NCBI GenBank assembly: GCA_934365195.1 | Contig: CAKRNA010000006.1 | Span: forward strand, 72,962-136,961 | Source: an uncultured Clostridia bacterium | Lineage (GTDB): Bacteria > Bacillota > Clostridia > Christensenellales > CAAEEZ01 | Reading direction: 5' to 3' | Length of the DNA stretch: 64,000 nucleotides | Part shown: piece after piece, positions 17,891-28,335 of the stretch | Position numbering within the stretch: the first letter of the stretch is position 1 | Layout: each line of letters starts with the position of its first letter | The notes under the pieces: model-generated | Databases searched by the model: none | What the model saw: the letters and a program-made list of their open reading frames with translations, nothing else | What the model was told of the DNA's origin: nothing | Made by a program: the position numbers and the translations under genes

Positions 17891-18111
17891 GAAGGGGGAA
17901 ATGAATAATTAGAGCAGAAGAGAAGAAAAAAAATAGGAAAGTAGCCTAGGATAAAGGTTTGAAAAAGGAAAAGGGTGATTTGCGGGCAAAAAGCGACTAA
18001 AAAAGGAAAGAGGAATCCAAAAATAAAGGACTTTAATGAAAGATTGCGGAGCATTACTAAATTTTAAAGCCGCAAAACCCTAGGTAAACGGCGATAAGTA
18101 GTGGATATAAA
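17891..18111 (+). repeat. Right purine-rich bracket segment (rpmH upstream region)
   Basis: Exact 23-mer at 17974-17996, plus AAGGGGGAAAT and GTGGATATAAA blocks colinear with 12761-12945. Confidence 0.65.
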
Positions 18112-18134
18112 AAGTAATATGTCTTAATTTTTGT

Positions 18135-18163
18135 TTGACATAGCACTTTCTTTCATATATAAT
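18135..18163 (+). promoter_or_regulatory. Consensus sigma-A promoter of rpmH (TTGACA-N17-TATAAT)
   Basis: TTGACA at 18135-18140 and TATAAT at 18158-18163, 46 nt before the rpmH ATG. Confidence 0.75.
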
Positions 18164-18208
18164 TTAATGGTTATTATAAAATACAATTATAAGCGGAGGG
18201 CTAAATAA

Positions 18209-18343
18209 ATGAAAAGAACTTATCAACCAAAGAAGAGACAAAGAAACAAGGTACACGGATTTAGAAAGAGAATGAGTAGCAAAGCGGGCAGAAACGTAAT
18301 CGCTAGAAGAAGAAAAAGAGGTAGAAAAGCACTTAGTGCCTAA
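18209..18343 (+). CDS. rpmH: 50S ribosomal protein L34 (below the ORF-track length cut-off)
   Basis: [44 protein letters not shown]; RBS GGAGGG; upstream of rnpA. Confidence 0.95.
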   Translation: MKRTYQPKKRQRNKVHGFRKRMSSKAGRNVIARRRKRGRKALSA

Positions 18344-18354
18344 TCGATGGGGAT

Positions 18355-18693
18355 ATGCAAAAACAATATAGATTAAAAAAGAACGCTTCGTTTAATTACA
18401 TTTACCGTAACGGCAAAAGCGTATCGAATAAATATATGGTTCTTGTGTATGTAAAATCCTATCAATCGATAAAGGTAGGCTTTTCGGTAAGTAAAAAAGT
18501 TGGAAATAGTGTGGTGAGAAACCACGTGAAGAGATTGATGAGAGAGAGCGTGAGAGTGCTTATTCCTAATATGGACAAGCATACGCATTACGTTTTCGTG
18601 GCAAGACCGCAGGTGACCGGCCTAACGTTTTGCCAGCATCAAGAAAAAATGAAAGACTTGCTTACCAAAGCCTCGCTATACGTGGAACAATGA
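18355..18693 (+). CDS. rnpA: Ribonuclease P protein component
   Basis: Basic 112-aa protein with the RNR-type motif ([12 protein letters not shown]); rpmH-rnpA synteny. Confidence 0.9.
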   Translation: MQKQYRLKKNASFNYIYRNGKSVSNKYMVLVYVKSYQSIKVGFSVSKKVGNSVVRNHVKRLMRESVRVLIPNMDKHTHYVFVARPQVTGLTFCQHQEKMKDLLTKASLYVEQ

Positions 18694-18932
18694 AAAGGCT
18701 GCTGATATATTTAGTAAGGGGCTACCAAAGGTTTTTCTCCCCGTTACTTGGCAAAAACTGTGTATACACTCCAACGTGCTCTACTTATATGATAGAGGCG
18801 ATTGAAAAAAGAGGCGTAATTACGGGCGTAATGCTGGGAGTGTGGCGAATACTTAGGTGCAATCCGTTTTCTAAAGGTGGCTTTGATCCCGTAAAAGATA
18901 ATTTGAAAGGAAAAGCAAAATGGTTAATTTAA
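18690..18932 (+). CDS. yidD: Membrane protein insertion efficiency factor YidD
   Basis: The start is set at the ATGA overlap with the rnpA stop. Sequence: [18 protein letters not shown]...[15 protein letters not shown]...RCNPF. Confidence 0.85.
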   Translation: MKRLLIYLVRGYQRFFSPLLGKNCVYTPTCSTYMIEAIEKRGVITGVMLGVWRILRCNPFSKGGFDPVKDNLKGKAKWLI

Positions 18933-19951
18933 CAAACGTATTTATGCTTGCACAGACGGGCAACTTAATAGGTGACTGGCTATACGGTTTAAGTAATAGC
19001 ATTGGTAACTTCGGTTGGACGGTAGTGGTGTTCACTATTATTCTAAAACTTGTTACCTCTCCTTTTGATATATGGCAAAAGGTGGTAATGAGGAAGAATA
19101 ACAACGCAATGAAAAGAATGAAACCGGAACTTGAAAAATTGCAAAAGCAATACGCTAACAACCAACAACTTTTAGCGGAAAAGCAAATGCAACTTTACAA
19201 GAGGGAGCATTTTTCAACGCTTGGCGCATGCCTACCTATGATTATCACGATGGTAATATTCTTCGTGGTGTTCGCAGGGTTTAATGCAACCGTTCAATAT
19301 CAAAACAAAGTAGTGTTTTTGGAACTTCAACAAACCTACAACGTGGCAGAGCAAGAGGCAAACGCCGACGCAACGCTAACGACGGACGAGGCAAAACAAC
19401 AATATATTAACGAAAAAGTACTGGAAAAATACGAAGGCGAAATAAGAGCAAAACAAGGCTTTTTGTGGATAGAGAATATCTTTATGCCGGACACTTGGTC
19501 TAAGCCTATCCCTGCATGGGGTACGTTCATCGGAACGGGTATGGGCAAACTAAATATTCAAATTCCGGGGCTGGAATCTAGGGAATACCAAAAGGTTATG
19601 AGCCCTATTATCGCTAAGTACAACACACGTTGGAACGGATATTTAATTCTTCCTATCCTTGCGTTTGTGCTAAACGTGGTTACCAGCAAGATGATGCAAA
19701 AGTCTAACCCGCAAATGCCTCAAGCAGGTAGCGCAGAAATGCAAAAAGCAAACCAACTGAATATGAAAATGATGCAATGGCTAATGCCTATTATGATGTT
19801 GGTTTTTGCAGTTTTGTATAGTTCGGCGTTCACCTTGTACATGTTCGTATCGGCGCTAGTTACTACGTTGTTCCAACTAATTACGAATTTGGCATTTAAG
19901 ATTATAGACAAAAAAGCCGAGGAAAAGAAACTTTCCACGACGTACAAATAA
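18920..19951 (+). CDS. yidC: Membrane protein insertase YidC/Oxa1 family
   Basis: Multi-TM protein with YidC-like core motifs; canonical position after rnpA/yidD. Confidence 0.85.
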   Translation: MVNLTNVFMLAQTGNLIGDWLYGLSNSIGNFGWTVVVFTIILKLVTSPFDIWQKVVMRKNNNAMKRMKPELEKLQKQYANNQQLLAEKQMQLYKREHFSTLGACLPMIITMVIFFVVFAGFNATVQYQNKVVFLELQQTYNVAEQEANADATLTTDEAKQQYINEKVLEKYEGEIRAKQGFLWIENIFMPDTWSKPIPAWGTFIGTGMGKLNIQIPGLESREYQKVMSPIIAKYNTRWNGYLILPILAFVLNVVTSKMMQKSNPQMPQAGSAEMQKANQLNMKMMQWLMPIMMLVFAVLYSSAFTLYMFVSALVTTLFQLITNLAFKIIDKKAEEKKLSTTYK

Positions 19952-19960
19952 GGAGAGACG

Positions 19961-20671
19961 ATGGCTAGAACTATAGAAATAGAGGCATCTACCGTTGAAG
20001 AGGCAACTAAGCAAGGTATTGAAGAGTTGCAAGCAAGAAAAGAGGACGTAACGGTAGAAGTTCTTAAAGAGGGAGGCTTGTTCAGTAAAGCAAAGGTAAG
20101 GCTTACGGTAAGTGACGTGTGCGAAAACGTTGAAAACTTCGTGAATACCTTGCTTGAAAAAATGGGCATTACCGCAACTTGTAAGGCTGAAAGGCTAGAA
20201 GATAAGATCAGCGTTAAAATCGAAGGAAAGGATAGCGCAAAAGCAATAGGCTATCGTGGAGAAGCGCTTGACGCAATACAATATCTTGCCGTAATAGAGG
20301 CAAACAAGGGCAGCGAAAAGGATTACGTAAAAGTGGTGGTAGACGCTGAAAACTACCGTGAAAAACGTAACGTCACCCTAAGCAGCCTTGCTAAAAAACT
20401 TGCCTACAAGGCGTACAAAACGAGCAAAAAAGTGGAACTTGAACCTATGAATCCTTTTGAAAGAAGGATTATCCACACGGCGCTGCAAAGCAATCAATAC
20501 GTAGAGACGGTTAGCGAGGGCGAGGGCATCGACAGGCACGTAGTTATTGTGCCTAAGAAAAAGACCGACGACAACGTAAGTTTGGATATTTTAGGAGCAA
20601 GCAACAGCAATTTCAAGAAAAACGGACCGAAAAAAATGAGAAGTTTCGGATATTCTAGAAACAGGTTTTAG
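19961..20671 (+). CDS. jag: Jag/KhpB RNA-binding protein (Jag_N, KH, R3H)
   Basis: R3H region PMNPFERRIIHTALQ; canonical position after yidC. Confidence 0.85.
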   Translation: MARTIEIEASTVEEATKQGIEELQARKEDVTVEVLKEGGLFSKAKVRLTVSDVCENVENFVNTLLEKMGITATCKAERLEDKISVKIEGKDSAKAIGYRGEALDAIQYLAVIEANKGSEKDYVKVVVDAENYREKRNVTLSSLAKKLAYKAYKTSKKVELEPMNPFERRIIHTALQSNQYVETVSEGEGIDRHVVIVPKKKTDDNVSLDILGASNSNFKKNGPKKMRSFGYSRNRF

Positions 20672-20715
20672 AGCGAAAAGGAAAATTCCGAAAGGGTTTT
20701 CCTTTATTTATTTAT

Positions 20716-22044
20716 ATGGATACGATTGTAGCGATTAGTACACCCCTTGGTAGCGGTGGAATAGGCATAATAAGAATGAGTGGATACGGCGCAAAAGAGA
20801 TTGCGTCAAAGGTTTTCTCTACCAAAAAACTGGCTAGTTTTATAGAGGCTACGCCAAATTATATGTACCTTGGCAATATCGACGAGGGCAGCGTGAAGGA
20901 AAAGTGCTTTGCCGTGTATTTCAAAGCCCCTAATTCTTACACGGGCGAGGACGTGGTGGAACTGCAATGTCACGGCGGTGTGGCGCTTATAAACAAGATT
21001 GTGGATTTACTGCTTAGCAAGGGCGCAAAACTTGCCGATAGGGGCGAATTTACGAGGCGTGCGTTTATAAACGGAAAGATGGCGCTTGCCGATTGCGAGG
21101 GCGTAATCGAGATGATAAACGCCGATAGCGACGCTAGTTTGAACGCAGGATACAGGCTGATGGAAGGCAAACTTACTAAGCAAATAGTTGCCCTTCAAGA
21201 CGAAATTACCGACCTACTTGCAAGAGGTGAGGCAAGCCTTGACTACCCTGAGGAACTTGAAGAGGAAGTGGACGAGTACACAAGGGAAAAAATGAAAAGC
21301 GTAAAGGCGGAGATTGAAGACCTTGTAAATAGTTACACTTACGGCAGGATTGTAAAAGAGGGCGTAAAGGTTGCGCTGGTTGGCAAAACTAACGTTGGCA
21401 AAAGTTCTATGCTGAACGCTTTTTTGGGCAAAGACAGAGCAATCGTAACCGATATTGCGGGCACAACCCGTGACGTTATTGAGGAAAGCGTGGAGCGAGA
21501 CGGCATAAAAATCACTTTTATCGACACGGCAGGCATTCGTGAAAGCGACGACGTTGTGGAAAAAGCGGGCATCGAAAAGGCAAAAAGCGAACTGAAAAAC
21601 AGCGATATCGTTTTGTACGTGGTAGATGCAACCGACAAGGCTTACGACGAAGAGTTTGAAAGGCTACTTGATGGCAAAAAAGTAATAAGAGTAGTAAACA
21701 AAATAGACAAAATAAAAGATGCAAAATTTGAAGAAGGCGTGCTTTATGTGTCTTGTAAAACGGGCGAAAACGTTGGGCTGGTTTTGGACGAAATCGTAAA
21801 AACCGTTACGGAAGGCAAAGTAACTCAGGGCGGCGAAACGGTGGTACTAAAAAGGCATTATCAAGCGATTGTCGAGGCGAAAAAGAGCATTGACGAGGTG
21901 TTTGACAATTACGATATGATGGACAACTGCCTAAGACTGATGGAACTAAAAAACGCTTGGAACAAACTGGGCGAAGTGACAGGAACAACCGCAACCGAGG
22001 ATATAATCGACGCAATTTTTTCAAAGTTTTGTTTGGGTAAATAG
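20716..22044 (+). CDS. mnmE: tRNA modification GTPase MnmE
   Basis: G-domain motifs GKTNVGKSS and DTAGIR; C-terminal FCLGK. Confidence 0.95.
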   Translation: MDTIVAISTPLGSGGIGIIRMSGYGAKEIASKVFSTKKLASFIEATPNYMYLGNIDEGSVKEKCFAVYFKAPNSYTGEDVVELQCHGGVALINKIVDLLLSKGAKLADRGEFTRRAFINGKMALADCEGVIEMINADSDASLNAGYRLMEGKLTKQIVALQDEITDLLARGEASLDYPEELEEEVDEYTREKMKSVKAEIEDLVNSYTYGRIVKEGVKVALVGKTNVGKSSMLNAFLGKDRAIVTDIAGTTRDVIEESVERDGIKITFIDTAGIRESDDVVEKAGIEKAKSELKNSDIVLYVVDATDKAYDEEFERLLDGKKVIRVVNKIDKIKDAKFEEGVLYVSCKTGENVGLVLDEIVKTVTEGKVTQGGETVVLKRHYQAIVEAKKSIDEVFDNYDMMDNCLRLMELKNAWNKLGEVTGTTATEDIIDAIFSKFCLGK

Positions 22045-22046
22045 AT

Positions 22047-23900
22047 ATGCAAGAATATGATGCGATAGTAGTCGGAGCAGGCCACGCAGGTATCGAGGCG
22101 GGGCTATCTCTGGCAAGAATGGGACACAAAACCGTAATAATGACAATTAGCCTAGATAACGTAGGCTTTTTGGCGTGCAATCCGTCCATAGGGGGCACGG
22201 CAAAGGGGCATTTAGTAAGGGAAATCGATGCGCTAGGCGGCGAAATGGGAATTGCCGCTGACCACACGCTTTTACAAATAAAAATGCTAAATACGGGCAA
22301 AGGCCCTGCCGTTCAGTCGTTAAGAGGGCAAGCGGATAAGGTGCTTTACCATCAATATATGAAACGCACGCTAGAAGAGGAAAAAAACCTTGACCTAGTG
22401 CAACAAGAGGCAACCGAACTAATTGTCGAAAACGGCAAAATCTTGGGCGTCAAAACCGCAATGGGCATAGAGTACAGGGCAAAAGCGGTGGTTGTGTGTA
22501 GCGGTGTGTACCTAAACGCAAGGATTATTATCGGCGAGTACTTAAAGGACGAAGGTCCGTCGGGCTTTGCTAGGGCTACAAAACTTACCCAAAGTTTTAT
22601 AGATAACGGCATTGAAATAAGAAGATTTAAGACGGGGACTCCTGCAAGACTGGATAAAAACAGCATTGATTTTAGCAAAATGACAAGACAGGACGGCGAC
22701 GAAAACATATCGGCGTTTTCCTTTATGACTAAGGAAAAACTTGTGAACAAAGAGCCTTGCTACCTAACCTATACCAACCCGAAAACCCACGAAGTTATTA
22801 TGAAAAACTTGGATAGGTCACCAATTTATAACGGCGAAATCGTGGGGGTAGGCCCTAGGTATTGCCCGTCGATAGAAACAAAAGTTATGAGGTTTAAGGA
22901 CAAGGAGCGCCACCAAATCTTTATCGAGCCGGAGAGCACCACCACAAACGAAATGTACGCACAAGGGCTAAGTTCGTCTTTGCCGTACGACGTGCAGGAG
23001 GAAATGTACCGCACGATAGAGGGCTTGGAGCATTGCAAATTTTTGCGTTACGCTTACGCTATCGAGTACGATTGCTTGAACCCGTTAGAATTACTTCCCA
23101 GCCTAATGACCAAAAAAATAGAGGGCTTGTTCACCGCCGGTCAAATCAACGGTAGCAGCGGCTACGAGGAGGCAGGTGCACAAGGGCTTATCGCAGGAAT
23201 TAACGCCAGCCTTTACATAAGAGGCTTAGAGCCGCTGGTTTTAAGGCGAGACGAGGCTTATATCGGCGTGCTAATCGACGACCTTGTTACAAAAGGCACG
23301 GAAGAGCCGTACAGAATGATGACGTCTAGGGCGGAGTATAGGCTATTTTTAAGGCAAGATAACGCAGATTTAAGACTAACCGAAATCGGCTACAAAATAG
23401 GGCTTGCCACAAAAGAAAGGCTGGATAACACCTTGGAGAAAAAGGCGCAAGTAGAGAAAATTATAGAACTTGCAAGCCGCAGCGTGTCGCCTAGCGCCGT
23501 AAACGGAATGTTAGAGGAAAAGGGCGAAACAACGGTAAAAAGCGGCATTATGATAAAAGATTTGTTCAAGAGGGCAAACGTAAAATATACGGACGTCGTA
23601 AACTTGTTTGAAGAGTTTAGGGATTTTAGGGAAGATGCGCTTGTCGAGGCGGAAACCGAACTAAAATACGAGGGGTATCTTCAAAAACAACTGGCACAAA
23701 TCAAGGAAATGGCAAAACTTGAAAACAAGAAATTGCCCGAAAATATCGACTATTTTCAAATGAACGGACTTAGGGTGGAGGCAAGGCAAAAATTAGATAC
23801 GATTCGCCCGTTAAACCTAGGTCAAGCAAGCAGAATTAGTGGCGTATCGCCGGCAGATATCAACGTGCTTATCGTGTACTTGCAAAAAAACAAGCAATAG
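22047..23900 (+). CDS. mnmG: tRNA uridine 5-carboxymethylaminomethyl modification enzyme MnmG (GidA)
   Basis: FAD motif VVGAGHAGIEA; GidA-like throughout; 617 aa. Confidence 0.95.
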   Translation: MQEYDAIVVGAGHAGIEAGLSLARMGHKTVIMTISLDNVGFLACNPSIGGTAKGHLVREIDALGGEMGIAADHTLLQIKMLNTGKGPAVQSLRGQADKVLYHQYMKRTLEEEKNLDLVQQEATELIVENGKILGVKTAMGIEYRAKAVVVCSGVYLNARIIIGEYLKDEGPSGFARATKLTQSFIDNGIEIRRFKTGTPARLDKNSIDFSKMTRQDGDENISAFSFMTKEKLVNKEPCYLTYTNPKTHEVIMKNLDRSPIYNGEIVGVGPRYCPSIETKVMRFKDKERHQIFIEPESTTTNEMYAQGLSSSLPYDVQEEMYRTIEGLEHCKFLRYAYAIEYDCLNPLELLPSLMTKKIEGLFTAGQINGSSGYEEAGAQGLIAGINASLYIRGLEPLVLRRDEAYIGVLIDDLVTKGTEEPYRMMTSRAEYRLFLRQDNADLRLTEIGYKIGLATKERLDNTLEKKAQVEKIIELASRSVSPSAVNGMLEEKGETTVKSGIMIKDLFKRANVKYTDVVNLFEEFRDFREDALVEAETELKYEGYLQKQLAQIKEMAKLENKKLPENIDYFQMNGLRVEARQKLDTIRPLNLGQASRISGVSPADINVLIVYLQKNKQ

Positions 23901-23960
23901 TACATAACGAAAGACGGTAGCGGGTAAAAGCAAATAAAAAAATATAGATAATAGAAAAAA

Positions 23961-23990
23961 ATACCGATAAAAATCGGTATTTTTTATTTT
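23961..23990 (+). terminator. Intrinsic terminator after mnmG
   Basis: ATACCGAT-AAAA-ATCGGTAT followed by TTTTTATTTT. Confidence 0.8.
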
Positions 23991-24165
23991 AGGAGTAAGT
24001 TCTATATGAAGTATAACGTAATCATATCGTAATAAACGTAGCGTTATATGACAATTTGGTTTAATTACGATGTAATTAGCGTTATTGTTAGCAATTTTTT
24101 GTGCTAAACCCCTAGTAAACGCTGACAAAACGAAAAACTAGCATCTTTTTTCGTAAGGCGTATCG

Positions 24166-24726
24166 TTACTTGTAATTATCGATAAAACTAAACGCCTGCT
24201 CCACCATGGTTTTAATTTGATTGTCGTACTCGGGCTGGTATTTTCCGCCTTTTAACGAGCGTAGCCACAACTGAAAAGTGGAGGTTAGCCCGCCGGAGAT
24301 AAACTCCAAAGCGTAGTCGTTTAATGTGGAATAAAGCCTAATATGATTTTTTAGGTTTAGCGTGATTCTGTCGTAGAAAACGGCTTGGTGGTACTTGCTT
24401 TTTTGTAGTAGCCATAAAAACGAATTAGAAAAGTACGATTTTGTTATCCCCTTGAACAAGTCCTGAGTAGCAGAAATAAGAGGCATCGACGGGTTAAGGT
24501 AAGCCTTAGCGTAGCCGTCAGCGGATTCTATTGCTTGCTCGGTCAAAAAATCGTTTACGTTTTGGTAGTGCAAATAAAAGGTTTTCCTTGTGATATTTGC
24601 CATATTTGTAAGTTCGCTAACCGTAATTTGCGATAGGTTTTTGCCTGCCTCGTAAAGTTTATGTATCGCCTCTTCTATTGCACTCTTACTTTTTTGGTAG
24701 CGCTTGTCTTTTTCGGTTTTTTCCAT
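24166..24726 (-). CDS. TetR/AcrR family transcriptional regulator
   Basis: The start is moved to MEKTEKDK. N-terminal HTH: ITVSELTNMANITRKTFYLHY. Confidence 0.7.
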   Translation of the reverse strand: MEKTEKDKRYQKSKSAIEEAIHKLYEAGKNLSQITVSELTNMANITRKTFYLHYQNVNDFLTEQAIESADGYAKAYLNPSMPLISATQDLFKGITKSYFSNSFLWLLQKSKYHQAVFYDRITLNLKNHIRLYSTLNDYALEFISGGLTSTFQLWLRSLKGGKYQPEYDNQIKTMVEQAFSFIDNYK

Positions 24727-24851
24727 TTTTTCGTTTCCTGTTGACAAAATACTTTTTGGTAGTATAATAAGATTATAATACACATTTGTGTAATAAGTCA
24801 ATAGGAAGTTTAACTTGCCTATAAAAAGTGAAGAATTAAACGGGACATAAT

Positions 24852-26018
24852 ATGGTTATAACGTTAGTAATGGATCAATACGTCGGTGACGACGGTAAAA
24901 TAACAAACGGAACGACAATGACGACGTTGAGGTTTGCAAAAAAACTTCAAGAATTTGGCAACGAGGTAAGGATTGTTACTTGCACGAAAAACAGCGATGA
25001 CAACGTGTACGTAGTGCCGGAGTATCATTTTTGGTTTCTTGACAAAATAATACACGAGCAAGGTATGGCAATAGCAAAGCCCGAAACGAAGATTTTAAAA
25101 AAGGCGTTCGAGGGCAGCGACGTTATCCACTTTTTAATGCCGTTCTTTTTGGCAAGGAAGGGCAAAAAACTTGCCGACAAAATGGGAATTGCTACAACCT
25201 GCGCATTCCACGTTCAGCCCGAAAATATGACTTTTTCGGTGGGGCTTGGCAAAATGAAGTGGGCAAACGAGGTTATTTACAGAAGTTTTAGGGGCTATTA
25301 CAACAAGTTCACGCATATTCATTGCCCTAGCAAAATGATTGCAAACCAACTTGCTATTCACGGCTACACGGGGAAAACTCACGTAATTAGTAACGGTGTG
25401 GACAAAGGGTTTAAGCCCGAAAAGGTGGAAAGACCTAAGGAATACGATGGCAAAATCATCGTAATGATGATAGGCAGATACTCTAAGGAAAAACGTCAAG
25501 ACCTAATTATCAACGCAATCAGCGAAAGCAAGTACAAGGACAAAATGGTGCTTGTGCTTTGTGGAGTAGGCCCTGAAAAGAAGAATTTGCAAAAACTTGC
25601 CGCAGCCAAGGGAGTAGCGGTGGAGTTTAAGTTCTTGCAGCAACCCGACCTTGTAAAACTGTGCAACTATGCCGACGTTTACGTGCACGCATCAGACGCA
25701 GAAATAGAGGCGATTGCTTGCATAGAGGCGTTCTCGTGCGGAATTGTCCCTATTATATCGGATAGCGAAATATCCGCCACAAATCAGTTTGCGCTTTGCG
25801 ATAAAAACCTGTTTAAGCACGGCGACTACCTAGATTTGCGTGACAAAATGGAGTATTTAATCGAGCATAAAGAGGAAAAGGAAGAACTAAGCAAACAGTA
25901 CGTAGAGTACGCAAAACAGTTCGAACTTGACAACTGCGTAAGAGAACTGGAAAAGGTGTTTAAGCAGGCTGTTAAGGAGAAAAAGCAAGAAAAAGAGCAA
26001 CTCGGCGAAAACAAATAA
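24852..26018 (+). CDS. GT4-family glycosyltransferase (glycolipid-synthase-like)
   Basis: GT-B fold-like sequence with an E(x7)E-type C-terminal region (EIEAIACIEAFSCG); TTGACA/TATAAT promoter at about 24745-24772. Confidence 0.7.
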   Translation: MVITLVMDQYVGDDGKITNGTTMTTLRFAKKLQEFGNEVRIVTCTKNSDDNVYVVPEYHFWFLDKIIHEQGMAIAKPETKILKKAFEGSDVIHFLMPFFLARKGKKLADKMGIATTCAFHVQPENMTFSVGLGKMKWANEVIYRSFRGYYNKFTHIHCPSKMIANQLAIHGYTGKTHVISNGVDKGFKPEKVERPKEYDGKIIVMMIGRYSKEKRQDLIINAISESKYKDKMVLVLCGVGPEKKNLQKLAAAKGVAVEFKFLQQPDLVKLCNYADVYVHASDAEIEAIACIEAFSCGIVPIISDSEISATNQFALCDKNLFKHGDYLDLRDKMEYLIEHKEEKEELSKQYVEYAKQFELDNCVRELEKVFKQAVKEKKQEKEQLGENK

Positions 26019-26075
26019 GAAAAAAGAAAGAACTCAGGAATGAGTGACTTCAGAATATAGCCAAAATCCCAAAAA

Positions 26076-26107
26076 GAAAAGATAGCCTATACGTCGGCTA
26101 TCTTTTC
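26076..26107. terminator. 12-bp perfect hairpin between the convergent GT4 and ftsH genes
   Basis: GAAAAGATAGCC-8 nt-GGCTATCTTTTC. Confidence 0.65.
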
Positions 26108-26127
26108 TCGTATTTGGTTAATTTTTG

Positions 26128-28245
26128 TTATTTTTCCTCGGGCTTTTCGCTGTTTTCTTCGCTTGCCGTAGAGGACTTTTCCTCGGTTTTTTCGGCTGGC
26201 TTGGTTTCAGCGTCGCTTTTAGGGTTTTCGGTAGATTCGCTTACCGTTTCGGTTTTATTTGGCTCGTCTTTTTCGCTTGTAGGCTCTGCCGCTTTTTCCT
26301 CGGTAGGCGCTTGAACTACGACTGCGCTTTCGGGGGTTTCGGTTTTCTTGGATTTGTTGTACAAGTCCTCGTCACGTTTTTTGCTGTAAGCGATTACTTC
26401 TTCGGCGCTCTTGCCCTCGAATAGTAAAGAAACCTCGTCGCTGTAAATGGTTTCTCTTTCGAATAGCACCATTACCATATTGTTTAGTACTGATTTGTGC
26501 TCGGTAAGAATGGAGATGGCACGCTCGTAGTTTCTGTCAAGAATATCCTTGATTTCCTCGTCGATAATGCCTGCAATTTCCTCGCTGTATTGATGTTGGC
26601 TACCAAAATCTCTTCCGATAAACACTTCGCCCGATTGACCTAGGAAGAAGTTGCCAAGTTTCTTGCTCATACCCCATTCGGTAACCATTTTTCTTGCAAT
26701 ACCGCTTGCTCTTTGGATATCGTTAGATGCGCCCGTGGAGATGTCTTGGATAATAATTTCCTCGGCTGCTCTACCTGCAAGCATCATAGCGATGGTGTCT
26801 TCCAGTTTGTTTTTAGTTACGTGTTCGTCATCGGTGTCCGGGCGGGTGATGGTGTATCCTGCCGCCATACCACGAGGGATAATACTTACTTCGTGTACGT
26901 TGTCGCAGTAAGGAAGTAGGTGACCGACGATTGCGTGTCCTGATTCGTGGAATGCCGTGATACGCTTGTCGATTTCGGTAACGACGTGGCTCTTCTTTTG
27001 AGGGCCTGCGATTACCTTGTTAATAGCCTCGTTTATTTCCACCATAGTGATAACTTTTAGGTTTTTCCTAGCCGCTAAGATTGCTGCCTCGTTAAGTAGG
27101 TTTTCGATATCGGCACCTGTAAAGCCGGTGGTTAGTCTGCCCAACTTTTTAAAGTCAACGTCTTTTCCAAGCGGTTTGTTTCTTGCGTGCACCTTAAAGA
27201 TTGCCTCTCTACCTTTTACGTCAGGAGGGTTGACAGCAATTTGACGGTCGAACCTACCCGGACGAAGTAGTGCAGGATCTAGTATGTCGGCACGGTTGGT
27301 CGCAGCCATAATGATAATGCCGTCAGAGTGCTCGAAACCGTCCATTTGAACAAGTAGTTGGTTTAGCGTTTGCTCTCTTTCGTCGTGACCACCGCCAAGG
27401 CCTGTGCCCCTTTGTCTACCAACTGCGTCAATTTCGTCTATAAACACTATGCAAGGCATATTTTTTCTTGCCTCGGCAAACATATCTCTTACTCTTGCAG
27501 CACCCGTTCCGACAAACATTTCCACAAAGTCAGAGCCGCTTATCGAGAAGAACGGAACGCCCGCCTCGCCAGCAACAGCCTTTGCAAACAAGGTTTTACC
27601 TGTTCCCGGAGGGCCTACAAGTAGTACGCCTTTTGGTATTCTTGCGCCAAGTTCAGAGAACTTTTTAGGGTTTTTCAAAAACTCCACTATTTCTTGCAAC
27701 TCTTCCTTTTCCTCGTCGGCACCTGCTACGTCGTCAAAGCGAACCTTAATGTTGGTGTTCAGCCTTGCTCTGTTTTTAGAGAAGTTCATAACCATGCTGT
27801 TGCCACCTTGGTTTTGCCTGAAAATGTAGATAAAAATGCCCGCAATTACCAAGAAGCCTAGGATAGGCACAAGGTTTACCCAGAAAGAGCCGCTGTCCGG
27901 ATTATCGTAAGAAACGATAGGCTTAGTAAATCCGGAGCCCGCTTCGTCTTGAATATTGTGAAGATAAGTTTCAAAGTCCCTTCTAGAGAAGATTTTTACG
28001 TAATAATCTGCTTGAGTAGGGAATTTATTAGCATCTACTTTGCTATTAGGCGACTTTAACAAAACGTACGCCTCGAAATTACCTTTAATGTAGATTTCTT
28101 GAACGGTGCCTTCCTTTATCATGTTTTCAAGTTCACCTTGTTTTATCTCTTTCGGCTTACCAAAATTGCTTAAGGATAGTGCAAGAACTACTATTAAAAC
28201 GACAACAAGTAGACATATCAAAATTGTTTTCGTGCTTTTTTTCAC
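26128..28245 (-). CDS. ftsH: ATP-dependent zinc metalloprotease FtsH with an acidic low-complexity C-terminal tail
   Basis: Walker A GPPGTGKT, zinc motif HESGHA, two N-terminal TM segments. Confidence 0.95.
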   Translation of the reverse strand: MKKSTKTILICLLVVVLIVVLALSLSNFGKPKEIKQGELENMIKEGTVQEIYIKGNFEAYVLLKSPNSKVDANKFPTQADYYVKIFSRRDFETYLHNIQDEAGSGFTKPIVSYDNPDSGSFWVNLVPILGFLVIAGIFIYIFRQNQGGNSMVMNFSKNRARLNTNIKVRFDDVAGADEEKEELQEIVEFLKNPKKFSELGARIPKGVLLVGPPGTGKTLFAKAVAGEAGVPFFSISGSDFVEMFVGTGAARVRDMFAEARKNMPCIVFIDEIDAVGRQRGTGLGGGHDEREQTLNQLLVQMDGFEHSDGIIIMAATNRADILDPALLRPGRFDRQIAVNPPDVKGREAIFKVHARNKPLGKDVDFKKLGRLTTGFTGADIENLLNEAAILAARKNLKVITMVEINEAINKVIAGPQKKSHVVTEIDKRITAFHESGHAIVGHLLPYCDNVHEVSIIPRGMAAGYTITRPDTDDEHVTKNKLEDTIAMMLAGRAAEEIIIQDISTGASNDIQRASGIARKMVTEWGMSKKLGNFFLGQSGEVFIGRDFGSQHQYSEEIAGIIDEEIKDILDRNYERAISILTEHKSVLNNMVMVLFERETIYSDEVSLLFEGKSAEEVIAYSKKRDEDLYNKSKKTETPESAVVVQAPTEEKAAEPTSEKDEPNKTETVSESTENPKSDAETKPAEKTEEKSSTASEENSEKPEEK

Positions 28246-28335
28246 TTAATCGTTGCCTCCGTTAATTATTGAATATATATCTGTATATGGTATTATATCA
28301 TAGAATATGAAAAGTGCCAAATACTTTTTCAATAA

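Noticed and set aside
12700-18200. Prophage, IS or integrative element call for the small-gene island
   Set aside because: The window contains no integrase, transposase, capsid, portal or relaxase gene and no clear att or terminal inverted repeats. Only the TnpV-like gene hints at a mobile origin, so I report it as an island of unknown nature instead.
21339-22750. Multiple 60-160-aa ORFs antisense to or out of frame with mnmE/mnmG, and similar ones inside parB, rsmG, adhE, leuS and others
   Set aside because: They are fully embedded in strongly supported conserved genes and have no independent signals.
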